Virus record (IMG/VR): IMGVR_UViG_3300036985_005960
Location: 1,765-65,764 of that record
Source of the DNA: a virus
Lineage: Duplodnaviria > Caudoviricetes
Strand: one strand, 5' to 3'
Length of the DNA: 64,000 nt
This document shows positions 20,901-32,054 of this stretch, one piece after another (position 1 is the stretch's first letter; each line of letters opens with the position of its first letter). The position numbers were made by a program, and so were the translations under genes. The notes under the pieces were generated by a model that had not been told where the DNA came from, ran no database searches, and was given only the letters and a program-made list of their open reading frames with translations.

Positions 20901-22488
20901 TAAAAAAATAGATTCAGAAAAAACACCATTAATAGAAACAAATCTTGAACATATACTTCATAGATTTATGTTAGAGAATTTAATGGATGTTGCATATCAA
21001 TCTACATTTGCAGTTTATAATGCATTACAGGTAAAATTATTACTTGAACAAGATGAACATTATAAACCAACAGCAGATCTTTCTGCAGCAGTAGATAGAT
21101 ATATTAAATTAATGATATTCGATGAATATGCAGATGACGGAAAATTTGGAGAAGGATTAGATATGGCTAAAAATATAGCTACAAAAGCTGTTATGGGTTT
21201 AAGTATAAAACAGTTTTTAATGGAAACTGGACAAAATACTTTAGGTTCTATGTCATTATCTATAAATGCTACAATAGCAAAGATGTTTGGTTCTACAGAT
21301 GCTTTTGTAAAAAATCCAGCAAGCATAGCAACAGCTGCAGCTTTTACTACTTTTGATAGTACTCGTAATGATGAAAAGGCAAAAATTACTTTAGCAATTA
21401 CAAAAGAATTTAAGCTATTTGATTCTGATACCGGATCCGTAAAAAGTAAAGATTACCAGGCAACAAAAAAAGATGCTATTTTTCAAAGTAAATGGTTAAT
21501 GTTTTTAAACTCTGTTCCGTATAGAAATGCTATAACTCAATCTTTCTTCGTAAAAATGGCAGATGATGGCATTTTAGGAGCATACTCGCAAAAAGATGGA
21601 CTTGCCATATACACCCCATCAAAAGACACTCGCTTCTCAGAGATTTTTGAAAAGGATGGCAGTTTAAAAAAATCAGTTTCTAGCGAAAAAGCTTTAGACC
21701 AAATGGCATATTATGAATCTTTAAGAAAAGATTTAAATAATGAGTATGACGGTATAAAAGAAGATGGATTAATAAATAGACCATATAGTGCAAAAGAAAT
21801 GGTAGTAATTAAAGATTACTTAATGAAAGCTTATGGTTCTATGGGTAAGAATGGTAAAATAGAATTACAAGAACACGCAGTTGGAAGAGCATTATTAATG
21901 TATAAGAGCTGGTTGCCAGCTAAAATTGGTAACTACTGGTCCACCGGTGCATTTAAGGAATCAAAAGGAAGACGCGTAAGAGTAGAAAATCCTGATAATC
22001 CAAATGATTTTTATTATGAATTTCAAGCACAATGGGATGAAGGAATTTTACAAACTTTAAACCATGTTTATATACAAGTAGTTGCAGCATACAAAGAAGA
22101 GAATGGTAATATCTTAAAGGGATTAAGTTCAAAAAGATATAACATGCATCAGAAAGCTAATATGAGAAAATTAATTAGCGATCTTTTAGTATTAGCCGCA
22201 ATGATTTTAGCTATACTAACAGCAAAAAATATGGGGGTATTCTCATCTAAACAAGGAAAATACTTTTTAAAGATAGCAAATAATTCAGTAGCAGATTTAA
22301 ATATGTTATCCATTATGAATTCAACTATAACAAATAGTCCATTTGCTTTATACGGATTTGTTACTAGAACAATGAGTAGTTTAGTATCTGCAGTTCATTA
22401 TGGTATAAATGAAGATTTTGATGAAGCTATTGCTGAAGGATCAAAAATTACTGGTGCTACAAATTTTTTATACAATGTTTCTAATTAA
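17926..22488 (+). CDS. Large putative ejection protein with PD-(D/E)XK (RecB-like) nuclease domain and C-terminal hydrophobic helix
   Basis: 1520 aa. GIMDLV...IDYK...QLSGY nuclease motifs at ~18680-18870. Hydrophobic LLVLAAMILAILTA at ~22183-22224. Confidence 0.65.
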   Translation: MKTGCETVYLDEKNNRASVYYNNLHLGHNIAYSQYLTYMKGKANTIVQNKTVSLDTIYHQPKNEKLEGVRKMINDSQTDVMSDGKIHTIAEDIVYRMKAKELIMSSPASYDYTTSQANSIIIDDIKIQINAKAIDDAKKFYLSEPEALKASIDTVKYNWSFHTDAGINIDKYVTSFLESYNKALLQSAEEPSLKHLLDELDLSKIATDKAKETMRENVLTVFKALKSFVDSRGLKNYEFIPQFRISNEQLQMQGIMDLVIHDRDNNRAIVIDYKFKEKGKEFLFNSNALGKMTGPFKTLFNNKKTQAELQLSGYKLLLEKAGLPTNNIDIYVLPLIGKPIKENGKITGYESIDPPKFEPLTYQRSLIGKYLKAKRKIDIDETIVEENGKHNSTKELLLDLTNGKIQPITYDMDHDIDYILRNGVIVDATTGKEYFRNTFTEKKEFFTSDDIDDRKVQLKEYLKNKAEDKDKLANNLISFFYEKEWPGDANNKFTKAKTLQAKQILEGLDSKDFTLQQIKNLYGFENYDPNILVAINSKTGEARLINASNEINKVIRFGDKRTSIFGKYMEDNTIASIYKLTGLESNSNNFKLIELAITALKLKQRNYISTVESLFVGTINGNANQNVPSVSSMSDIIPQLKIINDISGDNLNSEFKEILSDSSLDSGSNKIDCLKEFIKQISISSSYIPLKSSDFKDKIKASYDLYLNEEINKHEFLARLNEAQKIMYASLKPTIVANNPLLLAKNKEYSLLCDAILSVAEFSIDPGALTRKRQMKDSFNLYGNHDNPVMQQVYVMDQTAQQEVTRRFEHFYAEHNKLVKALKEDYNKRNPNKSTSITSVDQHEIFADLYVQNPNVEAKDFNNAYKLKSSTDPTLTKAQKDYINFFNEKIKSGFALSLSSEQIEKFDENWELGTVPIISASSENRMSRAVNAGEKFKVWGNTLKYQGVKQAKDVVNSLFYEIDSKFATQLSTDSGAQGSNHRRSKLGIDNEGKKIDSEKTPLIETNLEHILHRFMLENLMDVAYQSTFAVYNALQVKLLLEQDEHYKPTADLSAAVDRYIKLMIFDEYADDGKFGEGLDMAKNIATKAVMGLSIKQFLMETGQNTLGSMSLSINATIAKMFGSTDAFVKNPASIATAAAFTTFDSTRNDEKAKITLAITKEFKLFDSDTGSVKSKDYQATKKDAIFQSKWLMFLNSVPYRNAITQSFFVKMADDGILGAYSQKDGLAIYTPSKDTRFSEIFEKDGSLKKSVSSEKALDQMAYYESLRKDLNNEYDGIKEDGLINRPYSAKEMVVIKDYLMKAYGSMGKNGKIELQEHAVGRALLMYKSWLPAKIGNYWSTGAFKESKGRRVRVENPDNPNDFYYEFQAQWDEGILQTLNHVYIQVVAAYKEENGNILKGLSSKRYNMHQKANMRKLISDLLVLAAMILAILTAKNMGVFSSKQGKYFLKIANNSVADLNMLSIMNSTITNSPFALYGFVTRTMSSLVSAVHYGINEDFDEAIAEGSKITGATNFLYNVSN

Positions 22489-22500
22489 TAAATTATAAAC

Positions 22501-22552
22501 AAAAAAAAAAAAATCCCCTATAACCGTATGGCTATAGGGGATTAAATTTTTA
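22501..22552. terminator. Probably bidirectional rho-independent terminator between the convergent blocks
   Basis: AATCCCCTATA...TATAGGGGATT inverted repeat (22512-22543) flanked by an A13 run on the left and a T-rich run on the right. Confidence 0.85.
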
Positions 22553-22557
22553 TATAA

Positions 22558-23148
22558 TTACGGTATATAAAGGTTTGTTGGATTATTTTTATGTATTTCA
22601 ATTTCAGGATATTTACTTGTGAAATCTCTTAAATCAAAACCTTTCGTTATTAAATGATATCCACTTTTAGAAGGTATTAATCCTAATGTTTTATCCCCTC
22701 CAGGGAAAATGCCACTGATAAATTCATTGACACCATTAACATAATTCATATCAGGTGTATCAATATCTAGTAACCATATCTTATCACCTCCATTATGTAC
22801 ACCGCAAGATGTATTCCATGCTCTTTTAACCATTTTAAAGTCTTTGTTGTGCATAACTTCAGCAACTTTCTTTAATGTGTTAAATGCAGTCTTTTCATAA
22901 CTTCTTTTATTTAAGTTCAATCCGACTCTAGCATTAAAATGATTAGCAAAAAATATCATTTCATCTTTTAGCTCATCCAAATGATCTATAGAATCTATAT
23001 AATAAGCTTTCACGAGTCTGCTACTATTGCTACTACCATTAACTCTTCCAGGATTATCTTTCTTTCTTTGCAAAATTTGAATAAAATAAAAATCATCTTC
23101 TGATTCAAATTTTAGCATTGGTTTTATTATTTCAAAATTGTCTATCAT
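22558..23148 (-). CDS. Conserved phage protein with AEP (primase-polymerase)-like motifs
   Basis: WLLDID (hhhDxD) followed by PSKSGYHL (SxxGxH). Confidence 0.45.
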   Translation of the reverse strand: MIDNFEIIKPMLKFESEDDFYFIQILQRKKDNPGRVNGSSNSSRLVKAYYIDSIDHLDELKDEMIFFANHFNARVGLNLNKRSYEKTAFNTLKKVAEVMHNKDFKMVKRAWNTSCGVHNGGDKIWLLDIDTPDMNYVNGVNEFISGIFPGGDKTLGLIPSKSGYHLITKGFDLRDFTSKYPEIEIHKNNPTNLYIP

Positions 23149-24215
23149 AGCTTTTTACTTTTGTTATCATATTCTCTTAGTTCGCAATCATCATTAAGAT
23201 GATTTTTTACTATATCAACTATATATTCTCTTCTTTCATTTGAAAACTTTAAATGTCTAGATAATTTTTCAACCATATCCGCACCTAATATCTCATGGTT
23301 TATATAATTGCTATTTCCATTTTTGTTTTCTGTTCTAACAAATGGTTTAGCAATGTCATGCAAAAGAGCTGCCCATCTTAAATCTAATTTATTAGGTGTT
23401 GCTACTACAACATTTATAGTATGTTGGTGTAATTTAAAATCATGATACTTTGAGTTTTGGTCGTAATTGTGTTGCAATTGAAGCTCCGGAATAATATATC
23501 TAAATACTCCATATTCCCATAAAAAATGAAGACCACTTTCTAAATTAGAATCATTAAGTAGCAATATCTTATTAACCTCGTCTACCCAGCGTTCTTTAGA
23601 TATTTCAAGTAACTTATTAGCCATTTTAGTTAATCTATCAGCAGTTTTATCCTCAATTGATAGAGAATATTTACTTGCAATTCGTATAGCTCTTAATATT
23701 CTTAATGGGTCTTCTTTAAATCTTATTTTAGAATCTCCAACAGCTCTTAATATTTTAGCATTAATATCTGCTAATCCATTAAACGGATCAATTAATCTAT
23801 AAGTATCACATCTAATTGCCATTGCATTGATTGTAAAATCTCTTCTAGATAAATCCTCTGAAATAGATGTAACAAATTCAACATTAGGTTGCCTGCTTCC
23901 ATTATTATAGCTTTCAGTTCTAAATGTGGTAATTTCTATCATTTCGTCACCAACTTTAAAACCAATTGTTCCGTGTCTTTCTCCAATTAAATACGTTCGG
24001 TGTTTTCCTTTTAATTGTTCTTTTACTTCTTCAGTTGTTAATTCAGAGCAATAATCATAATCTTTAGGTTCAATACCTATAATAATATCTCTAACAGCTC
24101 CTCCTACTAAATAAATTGGTTTATTAAATAAACTTTGAACATAGGCAAGAGATTGCGTTTGTTTTTCAGATAATAATTTTCTTGTGTTCATAAAGTTTTT
24201 ATTTAAATTAAACAA
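23145..24215 (-). CDS. cca: CCA-adding-type tRNA nucleotidyltransferase (class II) with HD domain
   Basis: YLVGGAVRD, DYD, RRDFTINA, EDPLRILR, LLHDIAK. The true start may be the ATG at 24191. Confidence 0.9.
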   Translation of the reverse strand: MFNLNKNFMNTRKLLSEKQTQSLAYVQSLFNKPIYLVGGAVRDIIIGIEPKDYDYCSELTTEEVKEQLKGKHRTYLIGERHGTIGFKVGDEMIEITTFRTESYNNGSRQPNVEFVTSISEDLSRRDFTINAMAIRCDTYRLIDPFNGLADINAKILRAVGDSKIRFKEDPLRILRAIRIASKYSLSIEDKTADRLTKMANKLLEISKERWVDEVNKILLLNDSNLESGLHFLWEYGVFRYIIPELQLQHNYDQNSKYHDFKLHQHTINVVVATPNKLDLRWAALLHDIAKPFVRTENKNGNSNYINHEILGADMVEKLSRHLKFSNERREYIVDIVKNHLNDDCELREYDNKSKKL

Positions 24216-24253
24216 GCATAGAGATTTTTGAATATCCCTATGCCTGTATATAA

Positions 24254-24640
24254 TTACATTTTTACTAGTTGTCTACTAACAACTTTATCGCCATCTTTAG
24301 TTTCTACAATTTTAACTCCGGGTACAAAAGTGATAGCCTCTGCTAATGCACAAGTTTTCACTATTTCTTGTTCATTCCAATCTTTCCAAATTAATGAACC
24401 ATCTTCTTTCTTTTCTTTAATTTCAGGAATTCTCATTGATGTATCATTAAATTGTTGAGTAGTCACTTGTACTACACAACCTACACCGGTGATTTCCATA
24501 GCTTTTGTAGACTTCATCCAACCTTCTTCTTTTGAAGATGCTTTGCTAATCAATTTAAAAGTATCACCGTCACCCCAAAAGATTATATCTTTAACATTTT
24601 CTTTTGCTTTACTTGCGTCTGTATTATGTAATGTTTTCAT
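24254..24640 (-). CDS. Conserved phage protein, possible Acb4-like cyclic-nucleotide sponge
   Basis: KTLHNT...KLISKASSKEEGWMKSTKAMEI...GCVVQVTTQQ...AEAITFVPGV. The family assignment is from memory and unverified. Confidence 0.4.
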   Translation of the reverse strand: MKTLHNTDASKAKENVKDIIFWGDGDTFKLISKASSKEEGWMKSTKAMEITGVGCVVQVTTQQFNDTSMRIPEIKEKKEDGSLIWKDWNEQEIVKTCALAEAITFVPGVKIVETKDGDKVVSRQLVKM

Positions 24641-24650
24641 ATTATTTATT

Positions 24651-27480
<2,830 letters not shown>

Positions 27481-27505
27481 ATTTTTATATTATAGTTATT
27501 TTTAT

Positions 27506-28111
27506 TTATGCGAATATTAATGATGATTTATTTTTAAATTTGCCATTTAGCCATGTGGCAAGATTCTTTTCGTTATAATTAAAAGCTAAAGCGGCTTCTC
27601 TGATAGAATTGAAAAATATGCCAGTATTATTACATAATACTATTTTAGATAAATTACAATTTAAACTCATCTTTAATTTATGTTCTTTAGTCGCTTTTCT
27701 ACCTAAATTATATTTATTACCAATATTAGCTAGAAGAGCTCTTTCTTTCATTAGTTTAGATATACCTCTTTCTCTAGCAATTTTACTAAGTTTTATTTTT
27801 GTTTCCTTAGAAGCTTTCGTGCCTAATGAACTACCAGCAATTTTATTTGTATTGTAAACAGGTTTTAATAAATCCATCCAATATTGCTCTCTATTAATTA
27901 GATTGGCAATATCTTCAACAATTTCTAATATTTCATATATAAAACAATTCTTACCATGTTTGGTATAAGAAGATTGTAAATGTTTACAATGGTGCTTATT
28001 GAATTTCAATTCATTTTGATGAGCAAACCACCGTTTATTAAAATTTACAGCACTTCCAATATAAAACTTACTATTAATTGTATTAGTGATTTTATAGATA
28101 CCAGATTTCAT
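27506..28111 (-). CDS. Free-standing GIY-YIG homing endonuclease with NUMOD3-like repeats
   Basis: SGIYKI...FYIGSA...RW...H...REQYW...YN. KASKETKIKLS and KATKEHKLKMS repeats; C-terminal FNSIREAA HTH. Confidence 0.9.
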   Translation of the reverse strand: MKSGIYKITNTINSKFYIGSAVNFNKRWFAHQNELKFNKHHCKHLQSSYTKHGKNCFIYEILEIVEDIANLINREQYWMDLLKPVYNTNKIAGSSLGTKASKETKIKLSKIARERGISKLMKERALLANIGNKYNLGRKATKEHKLKMSLNCNLSKIVLCNNTGIFFNSIREAALAFNYNEKNLATWLNGKFKNKSSLIFA

Positions 28112-28116
28112 ATCAT

Positions 28117-28140
28117 AAAAATCCCCTCACTAGGAGGGGA
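28117..28140 (-). terminator. Rho-independent terminator after the Hc1-like gene
   Basis: TCCCCTC-5nt-GAGGGGA hairpin with an A run on its left (U-tract on the - strand). Confidence 0.65.
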
Positions 28141-28145
28141 CTAAT

Positions 28146-28439
28146 TTATTTTTTAGAGACCTTGGCTCTCGGTGTCAACTTTCTTATCTCAAGAAAATGT
28201 TTAGAAATCGCTGTTGTATTAAGACGGAATCGTCTACCTGCAGCTTTATTTCCTTTGTTAGCTTTGTCAGCATCTAATTTGATACTTGTCAAGGCAATTT
28301 CTAGGTTGTCCATGTCAATAACTTTTGTATCGATCATTTTACCATCAATCTCTTCTTTTGTTGATTTAATCAGAGACAATTCAGCAACATCGACATATTT
28401 TTCGACTACTACCGTTTCTTCTTTTACTTTTGTTTTCAT
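28146..28439 (-). CDS. Histone H1-like (Hc1 family) nucleoid protein
   Basis: DADKANKGNKAAGRRFR...LEIRK matches the Bacteroidota/Chlamydia Hc1 signature GNKAAGxRxR. Confidence 0.7.
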   Translation of the reverse strand: MKTKVKEETVVVEKYVDVAELSLIKSTKEEIDGKMIDTKVIDMDNLEIALTSIKLDADKANKGNKAAGRRFRLNTTAISKHFLEIRKLTPRAKVSKK

Positions 28440-28507
28440 ATTTCTTATTTTTTAAGATTATGAAAGAATATTAGTAAAAATATTTTATAATAAGAGGGGC
28501 TTGAGCT

Positions 28508-28942
28508 TTAAAATTTAGTACAAATTATATCTAAAAGCATACCAACTTTTTGATCATCAGTTTTATATTCGGTACCTTCTTTGATTTTATCTCTAAAGAT
28601 ATTTAGAATTACTTCTTTATCAGGTTTAGGAACAAATATATCTACAACTTCTTTTGTATAGGTAGGTATATTCATTAACTTAAGATCTGAATCATTCAGT
28701 CTTATCGGACAATTTTGTCCATCCAATGTACAAATTGCCACCGGCCAGGTTAGATTTTCAAATCCGCATACTACAATATTCATTCCTTGTAATATTAATT
28801 TTTGACCTATTTTCAAGCCAGTAATTTCTTTAAAATGATCAATTGCTAAAGAGTCTCTAAGCTCAATTAATTCCTTTTCTTGCTTCTTAAAGACTAGTAA
28901 AGCTCTCTCAACATTTTGTAATTTTGTTTTTGTATTCTCCAT
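28508..28942 (-). CDS. Hypothetical protein
   Basis: 144-aa ORF in a tightly packed operon. Confidence 0.55.
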   Translation of the reverse strand: MENTKTKLQNVERALLVFKKQEKELIELRDSLAIDHFKEITGLKIGQKLILQGMNIVVCGFENLTWPVAICTLDGQNCPIRLNDSDLKLMNIPTYTKEVVDIFVPKPDKEVILNIFRDKIKEGTEYKTDDQKVGMLLDIICTKF

Positions 28943-29311
28943 TTAGTTTACCATTATATTTTCTTCATCTATATTTTTTCTATGAATTTCTTTTTCCGCT
29001 TGTATGTCATAGAATCTATATCCTCTTCTAAAGAAGAAATCTGTTTTCATAATACATACTGCTTTGTCTTCTTTACTTGCAACCCAACATATCGCTAATA
29101 CTTTTCCATCAAAATATATACAATCAAAATTGCATAATAAATTCATTGGAAAATTGTTTAATTCAAAGTTGCTATTAACAAATTCAACTAATTTAGGATA
29201 TTCTTTATTAAAGAATTCTAAATTTTGATTTATCATTTGATGTATTTGAAAGGGATTAACAAACATCATTAATACGTTTGCTTTATCAATACTTAATACT
29301 AGTTCTTCCAT
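28943..29311 (-). CDS. Hypothetical protein
   Basis: 122-aa ORF abutting its neighbours. Confidence 0.55.
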   Translation of the reverse strand: MEELVLSIDKANVLMMFVNPFQIHQMINQNLEFFNKEYPKLVEFVNSNFELNNFPMNLLCNFDCIYFDGKVLAICWVASKEDKAVCIMKTDFFFRRGYRFYDIQAEKEIHRKNIDEENIMVN

Positions 29312-29312
29312 G

Positions 29313-29522
29313 TTAAAAGATTTTTATTATTTTGGATTCATATTTACCAGTATATTCAACTAATAAATACTGTGTTTCCGGATTTGTTATTTTTAAATAA
29401 GATATTCTACCAACAGCAAATTTTTCATTTGAGTAGAAATGTGGATCTAATCCTGCTTTACCAGAACCAACTTTTTTTAAAGTACCACGCGAATACTTAT
29501 AAATTCTTATATCTCTTTCCAT
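29313..29522 (-). CDS. Hypothetical protein
   Basis: 69-aa ORF, translationally coupled. Confidence 0.5.
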   Translation of the reverse strand: MERDIRIYKYSRGTLKKVGSGKAGLDPHFYSNEKFAVGRISYLKITNPETQYLLVEYTGKYESKIIKIF

Positions 29523-29776
29523 TATGATAAATTTTCTTCTTTAGCCTCTTTAATCTTAGTTAGTACTGTTAAGACTTCATCAAACATTTCATCTGATGGT
29601 ATAGTAAATCTAACTTCTTTACAACCTCTTTCACGAACTATATTGCCTTCATTGGTTTGTTTATATTTAGGCTCATCAAGAATAAGTACAATTTCATGTA
29701 CTCTATTATACTCTTCAGAGCTAGATTCTTTTTTGGTATAGTAAATATTTTTTCTTATTTCTAGTAATTGATTCAT
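29522..29776 (-). CDS. Hypothetical protein
   Basis: 84-aa ORF, translationally coupled. Confidence 0.5.
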   Translation of the reverse strand: MNQLLEIRKNIYYTKKESSSEEYNRVHEIVLILDEPKYKQTNEGNIVRERGCKEVRFTIPSDEMFDEVLTVLTKIKEAKEENLS

Positions 29777-29788
29777 ATATTCTAAGTA

Positions 29789-30007
29789 TTAGCAACGTAA
29801 TAATGTACTATTTGAGGTATCAGTTAAAGCATGAATATTATTTAATGCTTCTTGATGACCTGCATCCCCCATCGAAGGATCAATTTCATGTTTAAAAACA
29901 AGATTCAAGTGTTTTTTAATTGTTTCTGTTTGTTCTTTGGTTATTGTTTCAGCTTTGCTTACTTCAAGAAACCCTTGTAGCCAAAAGGCAAAATCTCTAC
30001 TTGTCAT
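29789..30007 (-). CDS. Small conserved phage protein
   Basis: MTSRDFAFWLQGFLE N-terminus resembles a widespread small phage family. Confidence 0.55.
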   Translation of the reverse strand: MTSRDFAFWLQGFLEVSKAETITKEQTETIKKHLNLVFKHEIDPSMGDAGHQEALNNIHALTDTSNSTLLRC

Positions 30008-30248
30008 ATTTTATAATTTTTATTTTAGAAATATCTTTTCTATAACGAGTTTTTGATATCTCTAGATTTTTTATTTTTTCAATCTTCATTAAATTGCTAC
30101 CATTATCCATGAAATATTCACAATAATCATATTCATCTTGAACAAAATTGCAATAAGATTGTTGTACTTTAGTTGGGATTGCAGTAAATCTAAAGCAACT
30201 TTTTCTTAATGTACAATTTTTATTCTCACACATTGTTATATCTGGCAT
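29997..30248 (-). CDS. Small Cys-rich (putative Zn-binding) phage protein
   Basis: DITMCxxxxCxxxxxCxR...CEYF. Confidence 0.55.
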   Translation of the reverse strand: MPDITMCENKNCTLRKSCFRFTAIPTKVQQSYCNFVQDEYDYCEYFMDNGSNLMKIEKIKNLEISKTRYRKDISKIKIIKYDK

Positions 30249-30259
30249 AATAAAAAGTT

Positions 30260-30288
30260 TAAAATAGGGGATTTTTAGTCCCCCATTT
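30260..30288 (-). terminator. Rho-independent terminator
   Basis: On the - strand, GGGGACT-AA-AATCCCC followed by TATTTT, directly after the 30293 stop. Confidence 0.55.
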
Positions 30289-30292
30289 ATTA

Positions 30293-31303
30293 TTAATTGT
30301 AATAGAATGCTGCAATAATAGGAGTCTTCTTTAAAAGAAATTTAGCTCTCTTTTGTAAAGCCTCAATTAAATTGTCGTCCGAAGCATCTACAGTAACATT
30401 AGTAGAATCGATACCAAGATAAATACCTAAAGGAATAGCTTCATCTTCTCTTTCTCCGGTGAATACTAGATTCACAGAGACATTGAAGTCTTCTTTTAAT
30501 TCATCTAATAAAGCACGAACATCAGGATACGCTAAGTATGTAGATAAATTATCACCTCCACTGGTAATGATAGTCATATTAGTAGGGATATCTTTTACAC
30601 TATTATTTTTAATAAATAGAAGTGTTGCAGTACTAATTGCACCAAGTAAATTTATTCCTAATTGATTTTCAGATCTAAAGTTAATTTCTGGGTTAGACTC
30701 AAACTTTGCAATAGATTGAATATTCTCGTCAAAAGCTAAGACAGAAATCTTATTATCCAAATCAGATGATAAGTTGTCAATAATGTTTTGCAAAGAACCA
30801 TCGTCCATAGCATTTGTATCAACAATAAACACTTCATGATTAATCATTTTTGCTGGTGCAGAAGATTTAGAAGAAGTACTTGAAGAACCACTATTTGATC
30901 TAGCTGCAGATACATAATTTTTAAGTGTCCCTTCAGTATATAGCGTTCCATCACCTTTAGAGTGCATTAATCTCACAATCTCGCTATTATTCATTTCAGG
31001 ATTAGCTATTAAATATACTTCAATTAATGAGTATATAGGACTCTTAGCTTTTATCACTTTTATTTTACCAATCTTTTCTCCTTTTAAAGATTTAGCAGGT
31101 TCGATTGTAGAGCTGATATGCCCCTTTTTAGTGGAAACTGTTTTAGGTTTCATTGCTTTAACTTGAGCAATATAATTCTTTAATGATCCTTCAGAAAGCC
31201 CTAGTTTAGAATGTTTAACCATTAAACGTGCTAATTCTGAATTGTTTAAACCTTTGTTTTCCTTGATGTGTCTTTTGATGACACTAATTGTGTTTTTTTC
31301 CAT
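30293..31303 (-). CDS. Protein with duplicated HTH-like repeat and degenerate vWA-like domain
   Basis: NNSELARLM...SEGSLKNYI and NNSEIVRLM...TEGTLKNYV repeats, a Ser-rich linker, then FIVD...IITSGGDN. Confidence 0.5.
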   Translation of the reverse strand: MEKNTISVIKRHIKENKGLNNSELARLMVKHSKLGLSEGSLKNYIAQVKAMKPKTVSTKKGHISSTIEPAKSLKGEKIGKIKVIKAKSPIYSLIEVYLIANPEMNNSEIVRLMHSKGDGTLYTEGTLKNYVSAARSNSGSSSTSSKSSAPAKMINHEVFIVDTNAMDDGSLQNIIDNLSSDLDNKISVLAFDENIQSIAKFESNPEINFRSENQLGINLLGAISTATLLFIKNNSVKDIPTNMTIITSGGDNLSTYLAYPDVRALLDELKEDFNVSVNLVFTGEREDEAIPLGIYLGIDSTNVTVDASDDNLIEALQKRAKFLLKKTPIIAAFYYN

Positions 31304-31320
31304 ATTTATTTATTTATTAA

Positions 31321-31599
31321 TTATATTTTTATCATTTTTTGTCTCATATTCCAACCAGCTTTATTAGAGCCATCTTTTAAAATTTTTATATTACTACTCC
31401 AATCATCTATACCGACGTAGGAGTCAGTACTATGATCTTCCGGTTTTATTTCTAAAATAGTAGCATAAATGAAAAATGCATTTGTACCTACCATTTGGGT
31501 ACACAACACTCTATCTCCAACTTTTAATCGATTTCCTAAAGCATCTAAATCATAATTTTGAGCAGTATTCATACCACTGCCCTTACCGATTATATTCAT
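31321..31599 (-). CDS. Hypothetical protein (SH3/KOW-like)
   Basis: DALGNRLKVGDRV motif. Confidence 0.5.
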   Translation of the reverse strand: MNIIGKGSGMNTAQNYDLDALGNRLKVGDRVLCTQMVGTNAFFIYATILEIKPEDHSTDSYVGIDDWSSNIKILKDGSNKAGWNMRQKMIKI

Positions 31600-32033
31600 T
31601 ACTGATCAATATACATTACACCATCAAGAACTAGCCATTCAATTTGACGATTATCAATTAATCTTAATCCTCTAGTTTTATCATCTACAGGAATTTCAAG
31701 ATCAATAACGGAAGTACGACCTAAGTTTCCTTCAATACCATGTAAGTGACCAGTTAATACACGGTCAGATCCATCTGTTTTTTGAAATTTAATAGTAAAT
31801 ACTTTGTCTTTTGCACCTTGTAATTTATCAACCATTTCGTGTTTACTAACTTTAATGGTTTCTTTGTATTGACCAGCTGAATCTAATGTTTCAATTAGAT
31901 CAACACCATCAATTTCTAAAGTTGCACCTAAATGGTTTTCTACAATAATAGAGTCTTTTCCTTTACTTTTTACTTTTAAGTATTGAGTAAAAGACACGTA
32001 TTCATTTTCTTTTATATCTTTAAAATTTAACAT
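31599..32033 (-). CDS. Hypothetical protein with WYL_2/SH3-like C-terminal domain
   Basis: FTIKFQKTDGSDRVLTG...DLE...LRLID. Confidence 0.45.
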   Translation of the reverse strand: MLNFKDIKENEYVSFTQYLKVKSKGKDSIIVENHLGATLEIDGVDLIETLDSAGQYKETIKVSKHEMVDKLQGAKDKVFTIKFQKTDGSDRVLTGHLHGIEGNLGRTSVIDLEIPVDDKTRGLRLIDNRQIEWLVLDGVMYIDQ

Positions 32034-32054
32034 ATAATAATTTTTAGTTTATTT

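Noticed and set aside
5881-21326. Short - strand ORFs inside the giant + strand genes
   Set aside because: Antisense shadows of AT-rich coding sequence, with no recognisable motifs.
22501-22513. A13 homopolymer as a phase-variable tract
   Set aside because: It is intergenic and adjacent to a hairpin, so it is adequately explained as a terminator U-tract.
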